Assembly (NCBI GenBank): GCA_951406725.2
Contig: OX597814.1
Span: forward strand, 139,562,001-139,626,000
Direction of reading: 5' to 3'
Source of the DNA: Octopus vulgaris
Lineage: Eukaryota
Length of the DNA stretch: 64,000 bases
Under the pieces are notes generated by a model. That model did no database searches, was not told the DNA's origin, and saw only the letters and a program-made list of their open reading frames with translations. Shown here one piece after another: positions 52,590-64,000 of this stretch. The position numbers were made by a program, and so were the translations under genes. Numbering within the stretch: the stretch's first letter is position 1; each line of letters opens with the position of its first letter.

Positions 52590-53585
52590 TCTCAATAAGC
52601 TTTCTAATGAGCTTATTCTGTGAACATACTTTCAGCTGTAATGATTGCTTCAATGCAGGACTGGAATTGTTTATATATTTGCACTAAAAGGTCCTTATTC
52701 ATTTTAGACATCATCTGGACTATGGCAGCCTTCAGTGAAGCTATAGTATCATGAGAATGTCGATTATTTTCCCTTTCAGCAATGCTCCAGTAGTAGTAAT
52801 CCATTGCATTTAAATCTAGCAAGTTTGGATGCATCATGTTTGGTGGCACCCAAACATAAAGATTCTCTGATATCTATTCTTGAGTTATGTGACATCGTGA
52901 GATGGCACTGTGTCTTGTTGAAACATGCTTTATCCATTTAGGACTTAATACCTGTCTCCAACGGCGTTAATTCTAAAACCCTGTGGGAAGATTTGAGATA
53001 GTATGACATGACTTTCTTTACTCATTCCTCCTAAAACCTTCACAATGGCTGGAAATTTAGTATGCATCACTCTTGGTGACATCAGAAAGATAACCATCTA
53101 CCATTTCTCGTTAGACTTTTGGTGTTGGTTGAAGTTTTTCTCATCAGAGAAGAACCGAAACATGCTGTTTGTAAGAGAATTTTTAAAACCTTGTTATATA
53201 ACCACTTAGCATGGAGCTAACAGTAGTCCTGTGTTGTAGCAGTCATGGATTAGCTTCTCCTCAGTACATACAACTTGTATTAAATTGTCCTTGTGCACCA
53301 CAGTTCTGATAGTTCAATGCAACAGTTGAAAATCTTTGGTGATGACCTTCATTAATTTCCCAGAATCATTAAAATAATGTTTTGGACCTATTGGATGAAT
53401 TTTGGTGTTCTTACAATGTCTGAATGTTTATAATGTTCTTCCCTTTGCTACACTTGAAGCATTCTTGCCAGAGGGTTCCACCTTTGTGTATAAAGGAGCT
53501 TGCAACATGTAGAAAGTTAGCAATTTTTGAATCACCATGATCCACACACATATGGCAACAATCATTGTATGTCTTTTCATTTCTT
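52590..53585 (-). pseudogene. Degenerate Tc1/mariner-superfamily transposase (maT/DD37D-like by inference)
   Basis: FFSDEKNFNQ (~53125-53155), FQQDTVPSH (~52897-52923) and PNLLDLNAMDYYYWS..ERE.NRH.H.TIASLKAAI (ORF 52613..52849). TIRs not resolved. Confidence 0.8.
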
Positions 53586-54174
53586 GTGTAAACATTTAAG
53601 AAAGGCATCCATCTATAGAAACCATGCCAAAACTGACATTGGAGCATAATGCTGTTCTTTAACCCTTCAAACTGCATGGAACATGGACATTAAGTTATGA
53701 TGAAGTTGATGATGATGTTATATATGTAGCTGGCACATCACATGGTTATTCAGATTTTATGCTTCTGATCGCCAGACTTGATAAGAAGCTCTTTTATTAT
53801 GCTTTCTTGACCAGAAAAGCAAAATTCAGGTATAAGATGTCAGCTGTCACAATAATAACTAACACTATCGCTTTGATCTTGAACACCGTTTTACCCTTCT
53901 ATATATGTATGTAAATATATGTGTATGAATGCACACATGTACATGTGTGTGTGTATATATACACATATATTTATGTGTATGTATGTGTAGGCATACATAT
54001 ATGTGTATGTATGCATATATATGTGTGCATATATGTGTATGTGTGTGTGTGTATATATATACATATACATATATTTATGTGTATGTATGTGTAGGCATAC
54101 ATATATGTGTATGTATGCATATATATGTGTGCATATACATATATATGTACATGTATGTGTGTGTGTGTGTGTGT

Positions 54175-54205
<31 letters not shown>

Positions 54206-54208
<3 letters not shown>

Positions 54209-54546
54209 TCACCATCCTTTAACGTCTGCTTTCCATGCTAGCATGGGTTGGACGATTTGACTGAGGACTGGCGAACCAGATGGCTGCGCCAGGCTCCAAT
54301 CTGATCTGGCAGAGTTTCTACATCTGGGTGCCCTTCCTAATGCCAACCACTCCGAGAGTGTGGTGGGTGCTTTTACGTGCCACCGGCACGAGGGCCAGTC
54401 AGGCAGTACTGGCAACGGCCACACTTGAAATGGTGTTTTTTACGTGCCACCTGCACAGGAGTCAGTCCAGCGGCACTGGCAACGACCTCGCTCAAATGTT
54501 TTGTTCATGTACCACCGGCACAAGTGCCAGTAAGGCGACGCTGGTA
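54206..54546 (-). mobile_element. SINE-like family C copy
   Basis: Conserved tail plus internal units. Further tail-only copies at ~25325-25487, 55300-55497 and 61423-61597. Confidence 0.87.
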
Positions 54547-55523
54547 ATATATGAATAAATATAAATATATCTATGTTATATGTATATGCTTATATGTTTT
54601 GTGTGTGTGTGTGTGTGTATGCGTATTATATACATATGTCTATGTATGTATTTATGTATACATATATGTATGTATCATCTTCATCATCATTTCGCATCTT
54701 CTCTTCATGCTTCCATGGGTTGGACAGTTTGACAAAATCCAGTGCACTAGAAAAGCACATATTCCTCCAGTGTGTCAGTTTTGTTATGGGTATCTAATGC
54801 TGGATGCCTTTCCTAATGCCAACCTCTGTGCAGAATGTGTCGGGTGCTTTTCGATTGCACTAATACAAGTGGGGTTGTTTTGTAACTTGCAACACTTCAT
54901 CTAAGGAGTAGCATGGAAGAAAGAGAGAGGTGGCTTCATTTGAGGTGTTTCAAGGCTAAAGAAAGATAGAAGGAACAAGAACAGGTTTGCTGTTGTGGAT
55001 GAGATTCAAGGCTACTCTACATTATATATAAATAGGTGGAAGTAAATGGGGTCAAGCTGGAATGAGAGCTAGAGATGCTGGTGATGAGCTGGCAGTATGT
55101 ATCTGCAAGGTACAGAAAGAATAGGAGACTATGCAGGAACAGATGATCAGGTAGTGAAGCAGGTTAAGTTTGCAAGTGTGTGAAATGGTTAGTAGCTGGG
55201 GTTAATGTAGTGAATGATGAACAAGGTTAGGGGTTAGTCAGTGGTAAATATGAGTAGGGGATGGTGATATGAAAGAGGGGTGGATATCAGTAAAAGTTGT
55301 TGCGCCATGTAAAAAAGCACTCAGCCCACTCTGCTGGGTGGTTGGTTTTAGGAAGGGCATCCAGCCCCAAAAAACCATGCCAAAACAAACACAGAAGTCT
55401 GGTGCAGGCTCCTGCCTGGCCAGTCCCTGTCAAACTGTCCATCTCAAGCCAGCATGGAAGGCAGATGTTAAACGATGATGATGATGATGATGATGATATA
55501 TATATATATATATATATATATAT

Positions 55524-56286
55524 CTTCATGCAGAATACATGTTCTCTCAAAAGTGTCAACCTCATCCTTATCCTGCTCCCTCCATCTGTGGCAATGACAG
55601 ACATTGCTCTTCCAGTCAGTCTCCTGCATATCACAGGCCTTTAATGAGGACTTAACACACTCCTTGAATCACAGCCTTGGTTTCTGCCGGGGTCTCGTTC
55701 CATTCACAAATTCCTCATATAACATCTGTTTCAGGATCCTGCTATCCTTCATTCTAATAAGGTGTCCTGTCCAACGTAACTGCTTGTGCACCATCGTCTT
55801 AATACTCAAGATATCAGCTGTCTTCAGGATCTGTGTATCTGGAGTTTTTAAGGTCCAGCCAATATTCAGAATGTGTCTGAGACATCTTTGATGAAAGCAT
55901 TCAAGGACCCTTACATGACGTTTGTAAAGGGTCCATGTCTCACATGAGTAAAGGAGCGATGTCAGTACACATGCACGGTACACAGCAACTTTCGTTTGCT
56001 TTGTGATGCCATGTTGGGACCAGACAAGACTGAAGAGATCGGAGAGAATCAGTTGCTCTCTGCAGCCTAAATGATATTTGATCATCCAGGGAGCTTTTTT
56101 ACATGACACAAGCACAGGTGAGAGAGCACATATTCTGCATGAAGAACTTAAATGTGCTGATTTAATGGGGAAAGCTTGGTTTGCAATGTTTGCATTCATG
56201 TATACTTGGCAAATATAAGTTAGTCCTAGAGCACACAATGTTCCTGAAGGTCAGCAATGGTCTTCCTTGGTCATGAGTGAATGACC

Positions 56287-56288
<2 letters not shown>
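55524..56288 (-). pseudogene. RTE/BovB-clade LINE fragment (RT C-terminal region)
   Basis: ORF 55669..56238: VWSQHGI..TKVAVYRACVLTSLLYSCETWTLY..LECFHQRCLRHILNI.W..QLRWTGHLIRM.DSRI.KQ.LY. Flanked by (TA)n. Confidence 0.88.
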
Positions 56289-56336
<48 letters not shown>

Positions 56337-56351
56337 TGTATATATATATAT

Positions 56352-56545
56352 AGGCGCAGGAGTGTCTGTGTGGTAAGAAGCTTGCTTACCAACTACATGG
56401 TTCCAGGTTCAGTCCCACTGCATGGTATCTTGGGCAAGTGTCTTCTACTATAGCTTCAGGCTGACCAAAGCCTTGTGAGTGGATTTGGTAGACAGAAACT
56501 GAAAGAAGCCCGTTGTGTATATATAAATATAAATATATATATATG

Positions 56546-56578
<33 letters not shown>

Positions 56579-56809
56579 GCTTATGCGTGTATGTTTATGT
56601 ATCTGTGTTTGTCCCCCCAACATCGCTTGACAACTTGACAACCAATGCTGGTGTGTTTACACCCCTGTAATTTAGTGGTTTGGTAAAAGAGACTGATAGA
56701 ATAAGTACTTGGCTTACAAAGAATAAATTCTGGGGTCAGTTTGCTCGACTACAGGTGGTGCTCTAGCATGGCCACTGTCAAATGACTAAAACAAATAAAG
56801 GAATAAAAG
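56352..56809 (+). mobile_element. Full-length SINE A with internal (TA)n
   Basis: Matches the family along its length. Confidence 0.9.
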
Positions 56810-56825
56810 TATATGTATATATAAA

Positions 56826-57057
56826 TGGGTAACAAAAGATGTACGAGTATCAATTCATTATGGCCATTTGAAGCAACTCCTTCAATTGATTAATGGAAAA
56901 ATTACATCATTGCAAAGAAATCATTTTTGTCAGATGACTGCTTAGACTTCAAACGATGATGGTTTTTTTGCAATGATGTAATGTTTTCATGAATTAATTA
57001 AAGGAGTTGCATGTAACGGCCAGAATGAATTGACACCTGTACATCTTCGTTACTCAT
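56826..57057. repeat. Imperfect fold-back (~95-bp arms)
   Basis: GTAACAAAAGATGTAC..TCAATTCATT..GCAACTCCTT..ATTACATCATTGCAAA pairs with TTTGCAATGATGTAAT..AAGGAGTTGC..AATGAATTGA..GTACATCTTCGTTAC. Confidence 0.8.
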
Positions 57058-57349
57058 ATTTTATTCACCTATTCTGGAATTTGCACTTTGGAAATTTTAT
57101 AGAAAGTATTTTTGTATTTTTATATAAAGTACATGTCTGAACGACCAAGAGCAGATCTCTTCATTAAGTTGGGTTATGTTATCTGCATACACTGCAAGAA
57201 TTTCAAATGCAAATACTTCTGAACTGAGTTTGATATTCACCTGATATTGTCTGGGTGTGCAGATCAGATTGACTTAACAAAGTGCCTCAATTTAAGTACC
57301 TAATTCAACTGAATCTTAATTATTTATATATATATATATACATTCATAG

Positions 57350-58020
57350 CAGGCAGAGTCAAAATATTTTTGGATTCAAATTTTAATTAATAGTTCAAAT
57401 AAATTACATATGAACAGTATTTATTCATCAGAATATATCCCATCATATTCTATTGTCTGCTGCTATTGTTGTGTCCGAAGCAGAGTTCTATGCTTATAAT
57501 ATTTACACCTGTTGAACCTCTGTCTACGCAGGAAATGAGCCATGGCTTGAAAATTGGTAATCTGATGGAGCAAGGTCTGGTCTGTAGGCTGGGTCAGGTA
57601 GCACCTCCAGCACTTCAGGTTCCTTAAGTTTGCCTTTGATTATATTGTCATGCTGTAGGAATGTGCTTCTTTGATTGGACAGTGCTGGGTAGCAGGCTCT
57701 CAAAGCATCATATACTCACTACAGTTGTTGAGCTTAGAAGTTAGCATTCACATCATGACCATTTGGGTCAAACTCAAGTGCAACACCCTCTTAAAATTCC
57801 ATTCAAACTTCCCTTGTATGACAATAGGTTCTGAAACCTGGCCAGATGAAGCCACTGGTTTATCTTATCAGGATTATGAAAATAGATCCATTTTTCATCC
57901 CCAGTTACAATTTGATGCAAAAAATGGGCATCTTGAGGATTTTCCAGCAGTTACTTGCAAATGTTCATGTGTCATTGAACCTGGTTGCTGGCCAGCTCAT
58001 GAAGAACTTCTTGACAGCAT
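57350..58020 (-). pseudogene. Second mariner family, degenerate transposase C-terminal half
   Basis: Minus-strand QIVTGDEKWIYF (~57878-57914), LQHDN, EVLPDPAYRPDLAPSDY (~57556-57610) and terminal TIEYDGIY. Confidence 0.85.
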
Positions 58021-58636
58021 CAGTTGGTGCTTTTTAGGTGCCACCAGCATGGACGCCAGTCAAGGTGGTGCTGGCATAATTATTTTTACTTTTGATTAAT
58101 GTCTGCTTTTTCAGGATGGCATGAGTTTGGATGGAGAGTTATTTGAAATAAGAGTTTATGGCCAGATGCTCTTTCTTTCACCAGTGCTTGTTTCTTTCAA
58201 GTAAAGGATTTCTGTATTTGGCAGGTCTTGAGTTGTGCAGAGTTACCTGTCATAATGTCAGTAATGAAGGTTGCCATTAACATTGCTTTGCTAGTGGCTT
58301 GTGTGCGCACGCACACACACACACACACACACACACCACAGAAATGCATACATGCATGCATACTCATATATACATACACACTCTCTCTTATATATGCACA
58401 CATACACGCATGCACACTTATACATCTTATATTTATTTGTTTCTCTTTCTCTATACAACATATTTCCTGCAGTTTCTATATGCCAACGTAAATCACATTA
58501 CATTGGATAGTCTAGGGAAATAGTAGAGTTACTTGCCTTAGGTGCCATGCAGTGGGGTTGAACTTGAAACATGCTTGCAAAGCAATCTTCAACCTCACAG
58601 TAATGCTTACACCTACTTATATATGTGTGAGTGTGA

Positions 58637-58943
58637 TTGTGTGTGCATATGTGTGTGAAGGTGCATGGCTTAGTAGTTAGGGTGTTGTACTCCCAATCCC
58701 TAGATCATGATTTCAATTCCCAACCCAAGTGACATGTTGTGTTCTTGAGCAAAACAATTCATTTCAAGTGGCTCCAATCCACTTGGTTATGAATTGGTAA
58801 CTCTGCAAGGGGCTAGCCTTCTGATCAGGGGGAATGTAGACCTTGCCTAGCCAATGGGTGACATCCTTGAAAGCTAAAACAGTTCAAAGCGCATTGTGAC
58901 CAGCAATGTATAACAACATGTGAAAGTCTGGTTGATCACATGA
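58637..58943 (+). mobile_element. Additional tRNA-derived SINE family (head GAAGGTGCATGGCTTAGTAGTTAGGGTG)
   Basis: A/B-box-like head and CTTGAGCAAAAC core-like motif; related degenerate copy at ~13805-14040. Confidence 0.55.
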
Positions 58944-58972
58944 TATATATATATATATATCATATGATCACA

Positions 58973-59007
<35 letters not shown>

Positions 59008-59009
<2 letters not shown>

Positions 59010-59360
59010 AACCACATGGTTCCGGATTCAGTCCCACTGTGTGGCATCTTGGGCAAGTGTCTTCTACTGTAGCCTCAGGCTGATCAAAGCCTTGTGAGTG
59101 GATTTGGTAGACGGAAATTGAAAGAAGCTCATCATACACACACACACACACACACACATTTGTGTGCATGTCTGTTCCCCAGCTATCACTTGACAACTGA
59201 TGTTGGTGTGTTTACGTCTCCAAAACTTAGTTATTTGGAAAAAGACACTGATGGAATAAGTACTAGGCTTGCAAAGAATAAGTCCTGGAGTCAATTTGTT
59301 CAATTAAAGGTGGTGCTCCAGCATGGCTGCAGTCAAATGACGGAAACAAGTAAAAAGACA
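59008..59360 (+). mobile_element. 5'-truncated SINE A
   Basis: Family match with internal (CA)n. Confidence 0.85.
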
Positions 59361-60280
59361 AGCAAAAAAAAAATGAATATATATATATATAAGGTAAAAC
59401 AAAATGAGTTTGTTTAGAGAGTATTTAGTTACATCATCTTACATGTATTTCATTAACAATGAATAAATATTTGTAATATAGGGAAAATCTTATAAGTTAT
59501 TTGCATTGTCAATTCTTTAGAGATTGCGTAACTCTCATTAGTAAGTTTTGAGATTTATACTGAACTGTCACCAGCATTGTTGTCTTGACTACAATAGTGA
59601 CTGTCTGTAGCGTAAAGAAGTCGTGAGGGGAGATAAAATGCAGTAAAAAATGCAGACATATATATAAATCTATACATGTGCATACACACACATGTACATG
59701 CATGCACATTTGCTCACACACACATATAAAGCTGATCTGAGGAGGAGATGGCAAATAACTGATATGATTGTGACTTCACTAAGAAGATCCATTTGTGACA
59801 GCAAATGTGAGTCCTAAAAGATTTATGTTCATGTTTATACAGTCACTGAGTCCTGCTCCTGCACCCTGTCTGTCCTTGTCAAGCCTTTCCCATGTTCTAT
59901 CTTCCTAATGTCAATCTGCCTATCTCTTTCTAATTACAGCATTATCCATTTGCTGTAATCATATGAACAGAACTACACATATTTCACCCCCTTTTGTATT
60001 ATGAGTTCCCCTTCTATCTGGCGTCACTTTCTTTTAACATTCCTCATTCTCAATATCTGCCCCTCCCACTTTACTTTCCATTGATCATTCCTTTCTATGT
60101 CATCAGTTATTCTGCCTTTTATTGCTTGTTATGACTGCAAAATATCACCTTTAACACCCTCTCATATCTGCTATTATTCTCAACGTCATATCTGACATCA
60201 GTGCACCTCCCACCTTCGTCCTCCACTCACTATATCCATCCCTACATAAATCTGATCTCCATCTCTGTCTGTGTATTTCT

Positions 60281-60495
60281 CTCTTTTACTCTTTTACTTG
60301 TTTCAGTCATTTGACTGCAGCCATGCTGGAGCAACGCCTTTAGTCGAGCAAATCGACCCCGGGACTTATTCTTTGTAAGCCCAGTACTTATTCTGTCAGT
60401 CTCTTTTGCCAAACTGCTAGGTGACGGGGACGTAAACACACCAGCATCGGTTGTCAAGCAATGCTAGGGGGACAAACATAGACACACAAACATAT

Positions 60496-60564
<69 letters not shown>

Positions 60565-60727
60565 TACGACAGGCTTCTTTCAGTTTCCGTCTACCAAATC
60601 CACTCACAAGGCATTGGTTGGCCCAAGGCTATAGCAGAAGACACTTGCCCAAGATGCCACGCAGTGGGACTGAACCCGAAACCATGTGGTTGGTAAGCAA
60701 GCTACTTACCACACAGCCACTCCTGCG
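60281..60727 (-). mobile_element. Full-length, CpG-rich (young) SINE A
   Basis: Family match with many CpGs retained; internal (TA)n. Confidence 0.92.
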
Positions 60728-61902
60728 TCTGTCTCAGTCCATCACCCACACTCCCCCACTCTATTTCTCTATTTCTCATCTACCTACAGCCCTCTAATAT
60801 TTTTGTACTTCCACTTACCACTTCCTCCTTTCTGAGCCACTCTTATTTCTTTCACTTCCCTCTAGCCCAAACTGATATTTTCCATTGGCCATGCCTCCAC
60901 CCTTGTACACCATTTACTACTTTCACCTCTACACTCATCTCTAACCATCTGCTTCTCTTCTCTCACATCTTACAAATTATCCACCTGCCCTTCTGATCTT
61001 CAGTCCATATTCTCTCTTATATTCCCCTCCATTAAGAGTATACTTTGACATATTTTCACCACTGTTTTTATCTTCCTTCCAGTTCATCCTATACACCTTT
61101 ATATAATGCAGGGTAACCTTGATCTTCTCTATAGCAAGTAACCTTGCCATAGCACCTAGCATAAAACCATCTCTGCTACATCTCTCCTCAGTTAAGGAGA
61201 TTTTCCTTTTTCTATGTCTTGCAAGTTAACTGTTGATAAGTTACATGGGGAAATATTAGCTTACTTAGAAACAGGTGCAAGTTGGTGACAGGAAAGGCAT
61301 CTGGGCATAGAAATTCTACTGTAATAAACTTTGATCCATCCATGCAAGCATGGAAAAGTGGCTGATGAAGATGATGGTGACTTATAAAACATATATGTTG
61401 TAATTATATATACATATATTAAATCATCATCATCATCATTGCTTAGTGTCTGCCTTCCATGTTGGCATGGGTTGGATGGTTTGACAGGAGCCAGCCAGGC
61501 AAGAGCTTGCACCAGATTTGTGTGTCTGTTTTGACAGGGTTTTTACAACTAGATGCCCTCCTTAACACCAATCACCCAGCAGAGTGGACTGGGTGCTATA
61601 TATATGTATGTATTTTTATGTACTTATATAGATATATATATGTTCTAAATGTGTGTGGTGTGGTGTGTGTGTATGTGTGTGTGTGTGTGTGTATATATAT
61701 GTATATATGTATATATGTATATATATATATATATATAAACGATGATGATGATGATGATGATGATGATATATATCTGCATACACACCTGTATGCATATACA
61801 TAATTAAACATATATGTATTAATATATATATAGATATTTATATGTATGTGTGTATATATATATATATATGTATTACACAAGCACATATGTCTATGTGGGT
61901 GC

Positions 61903-61972
<70 letters not shown>

Positions 61973-62984
61973 ATGTATGTGTGTTTAGGATTACTTCGGC
62001 GAAGAACCAGTAGTTTCCATTGCTGCCTGTTGCTATTCCACTTACTCAACAACAAATAATTCCTTTGAGAAAAGTATGGAGATCACAACTTCCTTCTCGC
62101 ATCCTCCAGAATTCAAAGTACTGCATCTGTCGCAGAAATCAATATCGTAAAATGTCCAAAACATGTACTGGTGTTTGCTTTTTTTTTATTTTACCTACCG
62201 ACAACTGTGGAAGTCATATTTCTCGTCCGCCTTGTCTTCTTGTCTGTCTCTCACATTCAGCCATTCTCTCAAGTCAGCTTTACACTTTCCATGTTACTTT
62301 GAATGATGACTTTCAAGAAAGTCATCTCAAAGTCTGAGGAATCTCTCATTTCTCTCTTCTTTCACTTTCTACAGGATTTGTTTAGAAATAGCAAAACACC
62401 AACGTTCAGCGGCCACACATGTATGCACACGCGTGCATGCACACACACACACACATGCGTGCGCGTGCACAGCTAGTACGCAAACACATCAACACCTACG
62501 CAAAAGAAAACATACATGTGCACATAAATACACACTTGAACAAACTCTTTCTCTCTTTCTCTCATACACACACTCACAGACATACACACACTAAGACACA
62601 TGTGTACACACATGTACATACACCCACACACCTCACAAAATGTCCATTTTTTGTCAATTCCAGTGTTACAGTCCTTCCACAGATAGTGTTGTTCATTTGA
62701 AGATAGAATATTACATATTTCGTTGTAATTCTCATTCACAGAAAAGTTAGTCGGTTTACAGAAAGCATTTCCGTTGTTTTCAATGGAAATGTCACAAGAA
62801 TGGTAGTAGGTTGGTCTGGAATTACATCATAGAATCAAATCCCCCTCCGTTCTCCCCCATCCCCTCATCAGCACTGGAAAGAAACGGATTTATTCACTTA
62901 CAGAGGAACAAATTTTCTTATGTTTATTTGTGGTAAATGTTTTTAAAACATGTTCATTTATCTCTTTATATATTTATTTACTCA

Positions 62985-63285
62985 TCCGTATCTCTCTCTC
63001 TATATATCTATCTATCTATCTATCTGTCAGTCTCTGTTTGTCTGTTTCTCTGCCTATCTATCTGTCTATCTCTCTACTTATCCGTGTGTCTATCTGTCTG
63101 TCTCTCTCTATCTATCTATCTACCTACCTATCTGTCTATACCTATCTATCTCTATCCATCTATCTATCTACATATCTACCTCTGTCTATACCTATCTATC
63201 TATCTCTATCCAGCTATCTACCTATCTATCACAGTCTGTACCTATCCATCTATCTACCTACCTATGTCTATACCTATCTGTCTAC

Positions 63286-63360
<75 letters not shown>

Positions 63361-63556
63361 CCTACCTACCTATCTACCTGTCTACCTACCTACCTACCTG
63401 TCTACCTGTTTTTATGTACCTAGTTATCTGTCTATTTCTTTATCCATCTATTTATTTTGTTGTTGATCCAAGTATTTTCTTGTTTATCCACTATCTATAT
63501 GCCTATCTATCTATCTATATGCCTATCAATCTATCTATCTATCTGTCTGTCCATCC

Positions 63557-63560
<4 letters not shown>
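62985..63560. repeat. Long degenerate (TCTA)/(CCTA)/(TCTG)n tetranucleotide array
   Basis: Directly visible; accounts for the ORFs at 62930-63626. Confidence 0.95.
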
Positions 63561-63595
<35 letters not shown>

Positions 63596-64000
63596 CTTAT
63601 ACATAAATGTGTATGCTTATATATAATTTCATGTGGGTAATATACATATATATATATATGTATATATATATTATACGTATGTATTTATCTCTGTCAATAT
63701 AAAAATTTTAATGTGATTATATCTTTAAATTCAAACATACATTACGTTAATGCTAAATATTTCTTTTCTGATATAATTTTTTTCTCTTCTTTCTCCTCCT
63801 CCTACTTATCATCATCATCATCATCATCACCACCAAATCCACCATCACCACCGCCACCACCACTACAGAAGGGAAGCATGTTGTCAGAAACAGTGAAGTG
63901 ACAGGCTAAAATGTCTTGCATTTATTTTGACTCAGCATTCCTTTCCATTCCATTCCATTTCATTCACTATGTGTCATTGATATAAATACCAGTAATACTC

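Noticed and set aside
53967-54136. ~104-bp period duplication within a compound microsatellite
   Set aside because: Ordinary slippage or unequal-exchange product.
57671-58099. 142-aa plus-strand ORF
   Set aside because: Antisense shadow of the mariner relic on the minus strand.
62020-62337. 105-aa ORF in unique sequence
   Set aside because: Non-ATG start, no domain and no consistent splice structure; unsupported as a CDS.

Overview
AT-rich, microsatellite-dense eukaryotic non-coding DNA. The SINE families look like those of a coleoid cephalopod (Octopus); this is my recognition, not a database result. I found no intact host protein-coding gene. Most ORFs in the track are translations of (TA)n/(CA)n/(ATG)n/(TCTA)n tracts, and the recognisable protein fragments are decayed transposon genes: three mariner copies, a maT-like transposase, a Helitron RepHel/PIF1 helicase, a Penelope-like RT + GIY-YIG, an R4/Dong-type C-terminus and an RTE/BovB-type RT end. 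Non-autonomous elements include at least four SINE families, piggyBac-type and hAT MITEs, a MITE carrying (TTAGGG)3, a complete mini-Helitron and two Helentron-type (HINE/DINE-like) elements. The most notable unexplained structure is: (i) Penelope-type fragments that form long fold-back palindromes or carry minimal hammerhead-ribozyme folds (one near-canonical at 6447-6481, minus); (ii) a decayed ~26-bp strand-biased satellite across ~37.3-44.5 kb that has absorbed many insertions; (iii) a CpG-retaining, repeat-poor island at ~45.0-49.2 kb with clustered GATA motifs and splice signals; (iv) hairpin-bearing tandem arrays and tail swaps inside SINEs. I cannot support a wholly new biological system from sequence alone.
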